A DNA stretch of 64,000 nucleotides from SAR324 cluster bacterium (GTDB lineage: Bacteria > SAR324 > NAC60-12): contig JACNJW010000049.1 in assembly GCA_014382365.1 (NCBI GenBank), forward strand, positions 1,830 to 65,829. The letters run 5' to 3'. Under the pieces are notes generated by a model. The model searched no databases, was not told the DNA's origin, and saw only the letters and a program-made list of their open reading frames with translations. Both the position numbers and the translations under genes were made by a program. Positions 29,680-39,368 of the stretch are shown in pieces (positions within the stretch are counted from its first letter, which is position 1; each line of letters begins with the position of its first letter).

Positions 29680-31170
29680 ATGTCGGTTAGTGTTGAAGAA
29701 ACAATAAAATCAATTGGAATGAAAGATTCCTCTTTATTCAGGCAGCAGGTTTATATTAATGGGGAATGGTCTGATGCAGACAGCGGAGAAACTACAGAAA
29801 TAACTAATCCAGCAAACGGGAAGGTATTAGGTACTGTACCGAACTGCGGAGCCTCTGAGGCCAAACGTGCAATTGAAGCAGCCAATGCTGCCTGGCCGGA
29901 ATGGCGTTCAAAAACTGCTAAAGAACGTGCTGTTATCATGCGTCGCTGGTATGAGCTGATGCTGGAGAATCAAGAGGATCTTGCTCGCTTGATGACTGCG
30001 GAACAGGGGAAACCTTTGTCAGAGTCACGAGGGGAAATTGCTTATGCGGCCAGTTTTATTGAATGGTTTGGAGAAGAAGGAAAACGCTTATATGGAGATA
30101 CAATTCCGGCACATGCCCCAGATAAACGAATTGTAGTAATAAAGCAGCCGATTGGAGTTACTGTTGCAATCACCCCCTGGAATTTTCCTGCAGCCATGAT
30201 TACCAGAAAAGCTGCACCGGCATTGGCGGCAGGATGTCCGATGGTTATAAAGCCGGCACCAGATACACCATTTTCTGCTTTTGCTCTTTGTGAGTTGGCA
30301 GAACGTGCTGGAGTACCAGCAGGTATTCTTAGTACAGTTACAGGAGATGCAGTAGGCATAGGTAGTGAATTTACCGGAAATCCGATTGTCAGGAAATTAA
30401 GTTTTACGGGTTCAACCGGAGTTGGCAAACTGCTGATGAAACAATGTTCTGGAACTGTAAAGAAACTTGCACTTGAACTGGGTGGAAATGCGCCTTTTAT
30501 TGTGTTTGACGATGCAGATCTTAGAGCGGCTCTGCCTGGTGCAATGGCAAGTAAGTTCAGAAATGCAGGACAGACCTGCGTGTGTGCAAACAGGATAATG
30601 GTGCAGAGTAAGGTTTATGATCAATTTACGGAAATGCTGGCTAAGGCAGCACAAGACTTAAAGGTTGCAGACGGTTTTGAAGATGGAGCAGAACAGGGGC
30701 CGTTGATTAATGAAGCAGCAATCACAAAAATTGAAAGTCATGTTGAGGATGCTCTTGCCAAAGGTGCAAAGTTACTTGCAGGTGGTCATCGACACAAACT
30801 TGGTGGAACCTTTTTTGAGCCAACAGTACTATCCGGAGTAACAACAGATATGCTGGTTGCCAAAGAAGAAACTTTTGGACCAATGGCACCTGTTTTTAAA
30901 TTTGAGACTGAAGAAGAGGCCATCGCCCTGGCAAATGATACCGAATTTGGTTTGGCTGCCTATTTTTATAGTCGAGATATTGGCCGAATATGGAGAGTCT
31001 CGGAAGCCCTTGAATATGGAATTGTTGGTGTAAATGAAGGAATAATTTCCACTGAAGTAGCTCCTTTTGGCGGAGTCAAAGAATCCGGAACAGGGCGTGA
31101 AGGTTCTAAATACGGAATCGAAGATTACCTGGAATTAAAGTATATTTGCATGGGTGGTATTAACAGCTAA
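29680..31170 (+). CDS. gabD: NAD(P)-dependent succinate-semialdehyde dehydrogenase
   Basis: ITPWNFPAAMITRK, FTGST, LELGGNAPF, FRNAGQTCVCAN, EETFGP; ATG 29680 follows GGAGGA. Confidence 0.9.
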   Translation: MSVSVEETIKSIGMKDSSLFRQQVYINGEWSDADSGETTEITNPANGKVLGTVPNCGASEAKRAIEAANAAWPEWRSKTAKERAVIMRRWYELMLENQEDLARLMTAEQGKPLSESRGEIAYAASFIEWFGEEGKRLYGDTIPAHAPDKRIVVIKQPIGVTVAITPWNFPAAMITRKAAPALAAGCPMVIKPAPDTPFSAFALCELAERAGVPAGILSTVTGDAVGIGSEFTGNPIVRKLSFTGSTGVGKLLMKQCSGTVKKLALELGGNAPFIVFDDADLRAALPGAMASKFRNAGQTCVCANRIMVQSKVYDQFTEMLAKAAQDLKVADGFEDGAEQGPLINEAAITKIESHVEDALAKGAKLLAGGHRHKLGGTFFEPTVLSGVTTDMLVAKEETFGPMAPVFKFETEEEAIALANDTEFGLAAYFYSRDIGRIWRVSEALEYGIVGVNEGIISTEVAPFGGVKESGTGREGSKYGIEDYLELKYICMGGINS

Positions 31171-31216
31171 ACTCAGTCAATACTAATTTAAGAGAATACT
31201 CGGAAGAGGAAATTGC

Positions 31217-31450
31217 GTGCAGATAAATCTTGAATTAATGGGGCCTCTGGTAGACTATCTACCTGACTCAGAGTGTGGGCAGACAAAAATGTCACTCAAT
31301 GATGAAAGTACAATTGCCGATTTGCTGAGTCTGCTGAAAATAAAACAAAGAGTTGCGGTAGCAGTAAACGGTGAGCAGGAAAAAGAAATGAAAGATTTGC
31401 TGAAAGATGGTGATAACGTCATGGTTTTTACCAACGTCAGCGGAGGATAG
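31217..31450 (+). CDS. MoaD/ThiS-family sulfur carrier protein
   Basis: 77 aa, VAVNG, LKDGD, C-terminal GG; directly upstream of aor. Confidence 0.85.
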   Translation: MQINLELMGPLVDYLPDSECGQTKMSLNDESTIADLLSLLKIKQRVAVAVNGEQEKEMKDLLKDGDNVMVFTNVSGG

Positions 31451-31486
31451 TTTTAAAATATTAATAATCAACTATAAGGAGAAGTT

Positions 31487-33427
31487 ATGCCTAAAGGCTA
31501 TACCGGAAAAATATTACATGTGAATTTGACTCAGGGTGAACTGATAATTGAAGAACCTGAGGAACAATTTTATCGGACCTATATGGGAGGCAGTGCCTTG
31601 GGAATGCATTATGTGCTGAAGGAAACTTCTGCAGGTGTGGATGCCTTAAGTCCGGAAAATGTACTGGCCTTGTGTACAGGAGTGGTTACTGGAACACCTA
31701 TCTCCGGTCAAAGCCGCTTAACTGCTGTTGCAAAATCACCACTGACCGGCTGCATTGGAGATTCGCAGGGTGGAGGATTTTTTCCTGCACAAATGAAATT
31801 TTCAGGATTTGATGCAGTAATCATCAAAGGTAAATCTCCTAAACCGGTTTTTTTGTGGCTGCATAATGGCGAAGCTGAATTACGTGATGCTGCACATTTA
31901 TGGGGACTGACTACTGGTGATGCAGAAGACAAGCTCAAAGAAGAACTGGATGACAAGCGCATTGAAGTCCTGCAGATAGGTCCGGCAGGAGAAAATCTTG
32001 TAAATTATGCTGCACTGATCAGTATGAGCAACAGGGCCAATGGACGAACAGGAATGGGTGCAGTGATGGGTTCAAAAAACCTCAAAGCAGTTGTGGTTAG
32101 AGGCAAGCAGAAACCTGAAATTGCAGACCCTGACACATTTAAAGAACTGCAAAAGTGGGGTACTGCCAACCTCGAGGCCACAGGCATGGACGGTTTTGGA
32201 AAATATGGGACACCGAGTGTTACCACACCTCAGGACAAAGTGGGGGGACTGCCAACCTATAATTTTAACAGTGGAACTTTTGATCAGGCTGCTGAAATAG
32301 ATGGAGTCAAGTTATATAAAGAGCGTTTACGTGGTCATGAAAGAGATGAACAGAATCGTTTTGGCAGGGATACTTGTTTCAGTTGTACAGTAAAATGTAA
32401 ACGTGTGACACAAATCGATGAAGGGCCTTATAAAACTGAGGCAAAATACGGAGGCCCTGAATACGAAACAATTGCAACATTTGGAAGTTATTGTGGAGTC
32501 AGCGAGATGGATGCCATTATCCGTGCCAATGCATTGTGTAACATGTACGGTATGGATACGATTACCTGTGGTGCCACAATTGCCTGGGCCATGGAATGTT
32601 GGGCTGAAGGTAAGTTGTCAGCAGAAGATACCGGCGGCATTGAACTGGTTTACGGAAATGCAGAAGCAATGGTGCAAATGACAGAAATGATTGCTAAATG
32701 TGAGGGCTTTGGAAAAATACTCGCCAAAGGTTCACGTAAAGCAGCCGAAATTATTGGTCGCGGAACGGAGGAATATTTGATTACGTGTAAAGGTCAGGAA
32801 GCTCCGGCTCACATGCCGCAGGTTAAACGAAGTCTCGGTATTGTTTATGCTGTCAATCCTTTTGGGGCAGATCATGAGTCCAGCGAACATGATGGCTCAT
32901 ACAAGGCCTTTCCAGAGAGGATGGAATATATTGGTCTGACGAAACCACAGGAAAAACTTGCGTTGAATAAAGAAATGATGCGTTTTGCAATGGTCACCCA
33001 GCATTTATTTAGTGCGATCGACAGTCTTTCAGTGTGTTCTTTTATTTATGGTCCTGCGTGGCAACTTTATGGTGCGGATAAGCTGGTGGAAGTGGTTAAT
33101 GCTGTCACCGGATGGGATGTTGATATTGAAGAATTATTAGAGGTCGGTGAGCGTCGTCTCAATATGCTGAGAGCTTTTAATTCACGTGAAGGTATTGGCC
33201 GTGAGTCTGATACACTACCCAAAAAGATGTTTAAACGTCCATTAGAAGGCGGCAGGTCAGATGGATATGCCTTGGATGAAGAAGAGTGGGAAAGAGCACT
33301 TGAAGATTATTATCGTCTCTGCGAATGGGATGTAGAGACAGGGCATCCTTCACTAAAGAAGATGGAATCACTTGGTCTGGGCTGGGTAGTTGCTGAGAAT
33401 GAAGCACTCTCACAAGTTGTTAGCTGA
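31487..33427 (+). CDS. aor: Aldehyde:ferredoxin oxidoreductase (tungsten/molybdopterin AOR family)
   Basis: GYTGKILHVNLT, KSPLTG, IGPAGE, GRTGMGAVMGSKNLKA, CFSCTVKC, GPEYET, GMDTI. Confidence 0.92.
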   Translation: MPKGYTGKILHVNLTQGELIIEEPEEQFYRTYMGGSALGMHYVLKETSAGVDALSPENVLALCTGVVTGTPISGQSRLTAVAKSPLTGCIGDSQGGGFFPAQMKFSGFDAVIIKGKSPKPVFLWLHNGEAELRDAAHLWGLTTGDAEDKLKEELDDKRIEVLQIGPAGENLVNYAALISMSNRANGRTGMGAVMGSKNLKAVVVRGKQKPEIADPDTFKELQKWGTANLEATGMDGFGKYGTPSVTTPQDKVGGLPTYNFNSGTFDQAAEIDGVKLYKERLRGHERDEQNRFGRDTCFSCTVKCKRVTQIDEGPYKTEAKYGGPEYETIATFGSYCGVSEMDAIIRANALCNMYGMDTITCGATIAWAMECWAEGKLSAEDTGGIELVYGNAEAMVQMTEMIAKCEGFGKILAKGSRKAAEIIGRGTEEYLITCKGQEAPAHMPQVKRSLGIVYAVNPFGADHESSEHDGSYKAFPERMEYIGLTKPQEKLALNKEMMRFAMVTQHLFSAIDSLSVCSFIYGPAWQLYGADKLVEVVNAVTGWDVDIEELLEVGERRLNMLRAFNSREGIGRESDTLPKKMFKRPLEGGRSDGYALDEEEWERALEDYYRLCEWDVETGHPSLKKMESLGLGWVVAENEALSQVVS

Positions 33428-33473
33428 GACTGATAATCAGTTGGAATAATCAACAAACAAAACGGGTGAATTT

Positions 33474-34544
33474 GTGGCGAATCAAAGCAGACGTCCACTG
33501 ACAGAATCAAGTTCAGTGCAAGATGAGTTCTGGAATCAGGATGTACTAAAAGAAGTACACACCAGAAGTCCACAAATGCTCAAGACATTTGAAAAGGTCA
33601 AGTCTGTGGCTCCAACAAAAACTACAGTTCTGCTGCAGGGAGATACCGGAGTTGGTAAAGGCATGGTAGCCAAACTGATTCACCAGCACAGCAGTCGAAA
33701 AAATGAGGCTTTTGTACATGTCCATTGTGGTGCATTGCCGGAAACTCTGGTAGAGAGTGAATTGTTCGGTTATGAAAAAGGTGCTTTTACGGGTGCAGTA
33801 AAACGCAAGCTTGGACGTTTTGATAATGCACAGCGGGGTACTATATTTCTGGATGAGATTAATACAATTTCCGGAACAATGCAGATAAAATTGCTTCAAG
33901 TTCTGCAGGAACGTATTTTTCAGCGTGTTGGCGGAGAAGCACCTATTGAGTCTGATGTTCGTGTGATTGCCGCATCCAATTCAGATTTGCAGCAATTGTG
34001 TGACGATGGCTATTTTCGTAAAGATCTCTATTACCGCCTCAGTGTATTTCCTCTGGAAATACCCTCATTACATCAACGCTCCGAAGACATTCCTGAGTGG
34101 ATTGATTATTTGATTGACTGGTTTAACAGGCTTTATTTTAAAGAAATACAAGGTGCAGACCCTCTGGTTGTCAAGGCTCTTGTGGAATATTCCTGGCCTG
34201 GAAATATTCGAGAATTAGAAAATGTTATTGAAAGAGCATATATTCTTGAAACAACACCAGTTCTCATGCCTGAGAGTTTTCCGCAGGAATTATTTTCTAC
34301 AGCAAATAATACTGCTGAAGTCTCACTGGACATTACCCAGACTCTTGCAGAAGTCCGTCGGCAAAGTATGGAGCAGCTTGAAAGACAGTATCTTAAGGAA
34401 CTGCTGAGAAAACATCAGGGGCGTATAAATCGCTCTGCTGAAACAGCTGGCATCACGACAAGACAGCTTCATAAACTTCTCAGAAAACACGTAATCCGCA
34501 AAGAAGAATTCAAGCCTGCTTTTACTTCATCTACAAATAAATAA
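33474..34544 (+). CDS. Sigma54-dependent transcriptional activator (AAA+ and HTH, no N-terminal sensor domain)
   Basis: GDTGVGKG, ESELFGYEKGAFTGA, FLDEI, FRKDLYYRL, WPGNIRELEN, C-terminal Fis-like HTH. Confidence 0.88.
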   Translation: MANQSRRPLTESSSVQDEFWNQDVLKEVHTRSPQMLKTFEKVKSVAPTKTTVLLQGDTGVGKGMVAKLIHQHSSRKNEAFVHVHCGALPETLVESELFGYEKGAFTGAVKRKLGRFDNAQRGTIFLDEINTISGTMQIKLLQVLQERIFQRVGGEAPIESDVRVIAASNSDLQQLCDDGYFRKDLYYRLSVFPLEIPSLHQRSEDIPEWIDYLIDWFNRLYFKEIQGADPLVVKALVEYSWPGNIRELENVIERAYILETTPVLMPESFPQELFSTANNTAEVSLDITQTLAEVRRQSMEQLERQYLKELLRKHQGRINRSAETAGITTRQLHKLLRKHVIRKEEFKPAFTSSTNK

Positions 34545-34628
34545 GTGAACATCTTCGGAACGCCTATTGTTTATGCAAAACTTATGGGTATTTTGCGCAG
34601 ATGATTAGTTTGTTCTTTCACGGAGATC

Positions 34629-34808
34629 ATGTTGGGAATTATTCTTGGTATAACAGGTGAACAAAATTTTGCTCCGCGGATGCAGATGGTTCATTATGAT
34701 GTGCTGAAATATCTATCTCGTCCAATATGTCTGTTATTGATTGTTGCAGGATTATAAACTTTTTTCACGGGCATCTTCAAAGCCATATCATATTCGTTAA
34801 AGTCATGA
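34629..34808 (+). pseudogene. Remnant resembling the C-terminus of a TctA tripartite tricarboxylate transporter
   Basis: Translates MLGIILGITGEQNFAPRMQMVHYDVLKYLSRPICLLLIVAGL*TFFTGIFKAISYSLKS*; resembles the TctA LG.ILG...E.NF.....RPI motif, with an in-frame stop at 34755. Confidence 0.5.
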
Positions 34809-34824
34809 ATTTGTTATCCTAAAC

Positions 34825-36054
34825 ATGACATCCAAGACTATTCTTCAAGAGAAATCTTCAATACTCATCATTAGCTGGATTTGCATTGCAGAAATCCTGA
34901 CTATGCAGGGTGTTTTCACGTTTTCATCCATGCTTCCATTTTTCTTAGAAGAATGGAAGATTGACAGTGTTGATGCAGGCTGGATCAGCGGAATCTACTA
35001 TGGCTCCTACATGATATCAGTCATGATCCTGGTCAGTCTAACAGATTGGATTGATGCCAAAAAAGTATATATTAGCGGTGTGTTGATAACACTTATAAGT
35101 TGTATCGGTTTCGCTCTGTTTGTAGATGGTTACTGGTCAGCCATGCTCTTCAGAACCTTGGGTGGAATAGGTCTGGCAGGAACTTATATGCCCGGACTTA
35201 AAGCTCTGACAGATCGGCTGTCAGGGCCAGCCAGGATTCGTGCGACATCTTTTTACACTGCCTCTTTTGGAGCTGGGACTGCACTATCATTCTTGATTGG
35301 AGGTTCAATCCTGAAATGGTTTCCGTGGCAAACTGCTTTCTGGATTGCAGGCTTATGCGCCTTGCTGGCACTGTTGATTGTAATTAAAGTTTTGGAAAAC
35401 CGTCCAAATCAAGTTGGATCTCGTACAGGTCTGCGAACACTTGATTTCAGGCCGGTATTAAAAAACTCTAAAGCAATGGGATGGATTGCCTGTTATTCTA
35501 CTCACAATTATGAGCTGTTTGCATTCCGTTCCTGGATTGTCGTCTATCTGGTTTTTGCACTTACTGGCGTTTCTGAAGGCTTGTTCATTCAACCATCAGT
35601 AATTGTTTTCTTTGGTGTTTTACTTGGAATGCCGTCCAGTGTTATCGGCAATGAACTGTCAATGCGTTACGGTAGGACCCGTGTTGTCGTAAGTATTATG
35701 TGTTTCTCTGCAGTTTTGGCAGTTGTTGTCGGAAACAGTATAGGTCTTTCTGCACCGTTACTGATAGTTCTTGTACTTGTTTATGGATGTTTTGTAACTG
35801 GTGATTCTGCTTCAATAACATCAGGCGTTATTGAGAGTGCTTCAGAGGAAAATCGTGGTGTCACAATGGCGGTTCATTCAAGTATCGGTTTTATTGGTTC
35901 CTTCCTGGGGCCCATTGGTTTTGGTATGGTACTTAATGCTTTTGGAGGTCATAACAGTTCTGAGGCCTGGTTTTGGGCATTTGCATCGACAGGAGTCATT
36001 TTATTGCTTGGCCCCCTTTTTATAGTAATGCTCAGGATAATTAGAAAACAGTAA
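34825..36054 (+). CDS. MFS transporter
   Basis: About 12 TM helices; LTDWIDAKK motif-A-like segment, GLAGTYMPGLKALTD. Confidence 0.88.
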   Translation: MTSKTILQEKSSILIISWICIAEILTMQGVFTFSSMLPFFLEEWKIDSVDAGWISGIYYGSYMISVMILVSLTDWIDAKKVYISGVLITLISCIGFALFVDGYWSAMLFRTLGGIGLAGTYMPGLKALTDRLSGPARIRATSFYTASFGAGTALSFLIGGSILKWFPWQTAFWIAGLCALLALLIVIKVLENRPNQVGSRTGLRTLDFRPVLKNSKAMGWIACYSTHNYELFAFRSWIVVYLVFALTGVSEGLFIQPSVIVFFGVLLGMPSSVIGNELSMRYGRTRVVVSIMCFSAVLAVVVGNSIGLSAPLLIVLVLVYGCFVTGDSASITSGVIESASEENRGVTMAVHSSIGFIGSFLGPIGFGMVLNAFGGHNSSEAWFWAFASTGVILLLGPLFIVMLRIIRKQ

Positions 36055-36446
36055 TATTCACAATATTTACTGCCTGTTTGTAAGAAGATATTGGTTGCCA
36101 CAGTCATAGGAAACAACCATTTTTGTAAAACTTACGTACTATTTTAATTTATCTTGTAAATCCAATAGATGAACCATTCAGACGAGGAGAATTCAGTCCG
36201 GTAGAGAAATTTGAAAAACACGAATTACATGTTTAAAAAAACGTTTTCGCACCACGATAACATTTGTTTGGGTTATTACTATTCATAAAACAATAACAAA
36301 TATTGAACGTCTCAGACAAATTCTTTTAATAAATAAATTTATTTGATAATTTACACTTGCCTGTCAGTTGTATTGATTCGTTGTTCCAGATACTTTATAA
36401 TGAATCACGTTAAAATCTCATTAATTCTAAACTGAAACAGGAAATT

Positions 36447-37322
36447 ATGTCAGTTCTCATTGATAACAATACAAAACTACTTGTACAGGGAATTACCGGT
36501 TCACAGGGGATGCTGCACACGCGTGGCAGTCTCGATTATGGAACAAATGTTGTTGCCGGAGTTACTCCGGGAAAAGGTGGGCAGGATTTTGAGGGGGTGC
36601 CGATTTTTAATACAGTTCTCGAAGCAGTAAAAGCTACAGGTGCAAATGCCTCGATGATTCTAGTGCCGCCTCCATTTGCTGCAGATGCAATAATGGAAGC
36701 TGCTGAAGCGGAAATCCCATTGATAGTTGCCATTACTGAAGGAATTCCAGTCTTGGATATGGTGAGTGCAGTCTCTTTTGTCCGGCAAAAAGGTTGCAGA
36801 CTGATAGGCCCTAACTGTCCTGGAATAATCACTCCTGGTCAGAGTAAAATAGGTATCATGCCTGGACCAATCCATAAAGCTGGCCCGGTAGGTGTTGTAT
36901 CACGTTCAGGAACATTAACTTATGAAGCAGTTGGTCAACTCAGTAGAGTTGGTTTAGGTCAGTCCACCTGTATCGGAATTGGCGGAGATCCGGTAAATGG
37001 AACTAACTTCATTGATTGTCTGAAACTTTTTCAGGATGATCCGCAAACAGAATCAATCGTTATGATTGGAGAAATTGGTGGAGATGCAGAAGAACAGGCA
37101 GCAGATTTTGTCAAAGAATATGTGACAAAACCAATTGTAAGTTTTATTGCCGGACAGACTGCACCTCCAGGACGCAGAATGGGACATGCCGGCGCAATTA
37201 TTTCCGGTGGCAAAGGAACTGCTGATGAAAAAATGAGTGCGCTGCAGGAAGCAGGAATTCATGTTGTAAAAACTCCGGCAGAAATTGGTGAAAAAATGCT
37301 TGAAGCAATGCAACAGGTCTAA
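36447..37322 (+). CDS. sucD: Succinyl-CoA synthetase alpha subunit
   Basis: [36 protein letters not shown], phospho-His motif RMGHAGA. Confidence 0.95.
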   Translation: MSVLIDNNTKLLVQGITGSQGMLHTRGSLDYGTNVVAGVTPGKGGQDFEGVPIFNTVLEAVKATGANASMILVPPPFAADAIMEAAEAEIPLIVAITEGIPVLDMVSAVSFVRQKGCRLIGPNCPGIITPGQSKIGIMPGPIHKAGPVGVVSRSGTLTYEAVGQLSRVGLGQSTCIGIGGDPVNGTNFIDCLKLFQDDPQTESIVMIGEIGGDAEEQAADFVKEYVTKPIVSFIAGQTAPPGRRMGHAGAIISGGKGTADEKMSALQEAGIHVVKTPAEIGEKMLEAMQQV

Positions 37323-37360
37323 AAAATCTTTAAGACAGAAGTTTTCGGAAAGATCTAAAC

Positions 37361-37876
37361 TTAGCTTAGTGTGACGGATTGATTAAGATTCTGTTGAGGA
37401 TGGGAGCCAGCGGGAAGTGCAGTGAAGATTGCGTTTTGAATGCGGGGGTCTGTTTGCAAAGTTGAGATTATTTTTTCGATATTTTTGTATTCGAAATATT
37501 TGCAAAAAATTGAGAGATACAACTGATTGATCTTTCTTTCTGTTGCCGAGCCATTCCTTGTTTCAACTTCTACAATGCGTTTTGCAATTTCGTTGACCAA
37601 CCAGGGCATTTCTTCAAATTTATTGCGAAACAAACTAAAAATTTCTGCAAATACTTCTATCAAAGAAACAGAAAACTCTTCATTGAGAGCCTCAGGTTCT
37701 ATGTGATAATAACTGCTGACCCGTTGTTTAATATGTTCCAGCATCCTGCCCTGGAGCATATTTACCAGCAACTGCATAGAATGAGTTACATCACATTCTG
37801 GTTCGCCCGATTTTGCATCGGTAAGCGAATCCAAACAATCAGCAATAACCCGAGTATACGGGCTGATAGTTGTCAT
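37361..37876 (-). CDS. Hypothetical protein (mostly helical)
   Basis: 171-aa ATG ORF filling the gap between genes; no recognised motif. Confidence 0.65.
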   Translation of the reverse strand: MTTISPYTRVIADCLDSLTDAKSGEPECDVTHSMQLLVNMLQGRMLEHIKQRVSSYYHIEPEALNEEFSVSLIEVFAEIFSLFRNKFEEMPWLVNEIAKRIVEVETRNGSATERKINQLYLSIFCKYFEYKNIEKIISTLQTDPRIQNAIFTALPAGSHPQQNLNQSVTLS

Positions 37877-38149
37877 GTTTTACTAAAGACCAAAAGAAAA
37901 TCTAGAAAAAAGATATTCTCAGGGTGGTTTGTCCGAAAGAGTTAAGAAGTAAGTTTGATCGTCAACTGACTTCAAAGTTTCTAAGAATCTTATACCACGT
38001 TATGAAGCTTGCTGATAATATGCAAGACCATTGGGAAAAATATTCTACATTTATTTTCTAATCAAAAGTTGTGCAAGCCGCACACCATTATTTTTCTGCC
38101 GTATTCATCAAGCTAGTCTGTTGCCTGAAACATTTATATTGGTGCAGAT

Positions 38150-38374
38150 TTAGTTGCATTTCGCAATCATTTCCGGTTGATCTTCCCAGGTATCAATTGT
38201 GACAACTCGATATCCGCTGTAACAAATCAGCTGCGATTGACGGTAACAGTAAAAAACATGCTGAGGACATGAAAGATATTGATTGCTGAGTGAAGGCGGC
38301 CTGTTCCTTAGAGAAACTTTATTGGAACAACCTGCAATCATTAAAGTCAAGAGAATGAAAAGCAAACGTGACAT
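38150..38374 (-). CDS. Small Cys-rich lipoprotein
   Basis: Signal peptide with lipobox IAGC, four further Cys; starts 1 bp after the upstream gene's stop. Confidence 0.6.
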   Translation of the reverse strand: MSRLLFILLTLMIAGCSNKVSLRNRPPSLSNQYLSCPQHVFYCYRQSQLICYSGYRVVTIDTWEDQPEMIAKCN

Positions 38375-38375
38375 T

Positions 38376-39227
38376 TCATGCTTTTATAATTAACCGGACT
38401 GGTTGGTGATCAGAAGCTGCTGTTTTAGTATTCACAGAAATTTCTTTAATCTGCGGAATTAAGTTTTTACTGAGAAAAAAATAATCACGGCAATGTGGAC
38501 CATTTTTCCATTGTTTGTGATCAAATATCCCACAAGTAGGAGTGCGTGAAATTGCCGGGTGAAGAACATCCCAGGCATCAACTAAATCTGAAACATTATT
38601 AGCAAATGGCGCAGTCATTTGTTGATATGACTTACTGTCTGGTGTGAAGTTGAAATCACCGCAAATAATCATTTTTTCCGGACGTACCAGCAGTTCAAAT
38701 GGAGTATCTGGCAGGTCAATACCGGGTTCATGAAATTGTGAAGAGGCTTCTACATGCAGTTCACGCAAACGTTGAACTTGAGCCAGTTGCTGTTTCTCAG
38801 AAAAAAATTCGAGATGTGTGTTCATCAACCTGAATGCACCTGAGGTACTGGGGATTATGAGCTCAGAGGTTTGTCTGGATAAAAATTTTGCAGCTGGATC
38901 GGCCGGTGAAGGAAGCAGGTGGTGCAGCACTTGAGTTGGTGTACGGCGGGTTAGTATCAAATTGCCAAATTGCTTCCGGACCCCGTTATGACCTCCGACG
39001 CGGTCATGTGCGGCCCCAAAAAAAGATTCATATTCCGGAAATAGATTTTGCAGTTCAGCAAATTGATCACAACCACCGTCAGTTGCGGGATAATTTCTTG
39101 ATATTTCCTGCAGGCAGAGTATGTCCGGCAAACCGTCAATACGGATTTGCTGAGCGATTCTTGTTAAATCAATAACTCCGTCTACACCTTTTCCGTATTG
39201 AATATTCCAACTTACAATTGTCAGCAT
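38376..39227 (-). CDS. Endonuclease/exonuclease/phosphatase family protein
   Basis: SWNIQ, LCLQE, FGN, NTHL, GDFN, RDYFF, ASDHQP. Confidence 0.9.
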   Translation of the reverse strand: MLTIVSWNIQYGKGVDGVIDLTRIAQQIRIDGLPDILCLQEISRNYPATDGGCDQFAELQNLFPEYESFFGAAHDRVGGHNGVRKQFGNLILTRRTPTQVLHHLLPSPADPAAKFLSRQTSELIIPSTSGAFRLMNTHLEFFSEKQQLAQVQRLRELHVEASSQFHEPGIDLPDTPFELLVRPEKMIICGDFNFTPDSKSYQQMTAPFANNVSDLVDAWDVLHPAISRTPTCGIFDHKQWKNGPHCRDYFFLSKNLIPQIKEISVNTKTAASDHQPVRLIIKA

Positions 39228-39368
39228 GTTACAATTAAAAAATGTTATTTTAATTTGTAGTGTAAAAAAAGTTATTCTAAATTATGGGAGTTCATCATCT
39301 TTGCAATTGCTATTCAAAGATGAACGGAAACTATTGAATTTAGTTCAATAGTTGAGCAACACAAACTA

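Noticed and set aside
29680-31170. Aldehyde dehydrogenase as a BoxD orthologue
   Set aside because: Motifs are canonical GabD; any BoxD role would be functional substitution only.
29500-31487. Sigma54 -24/-12 promoter for gabD or aor
   Set aside because: No convincing TGGCAC-N5-TTGC seen by eye.
31487-33427. AOR-family gene as BamB (class II benzoyl-CoA reductase)
   Set aside because: No bamC-I partner genes, MoaD linkage typical of AOR, and a class I reductase is already present; phylogeny is needed for certainty.
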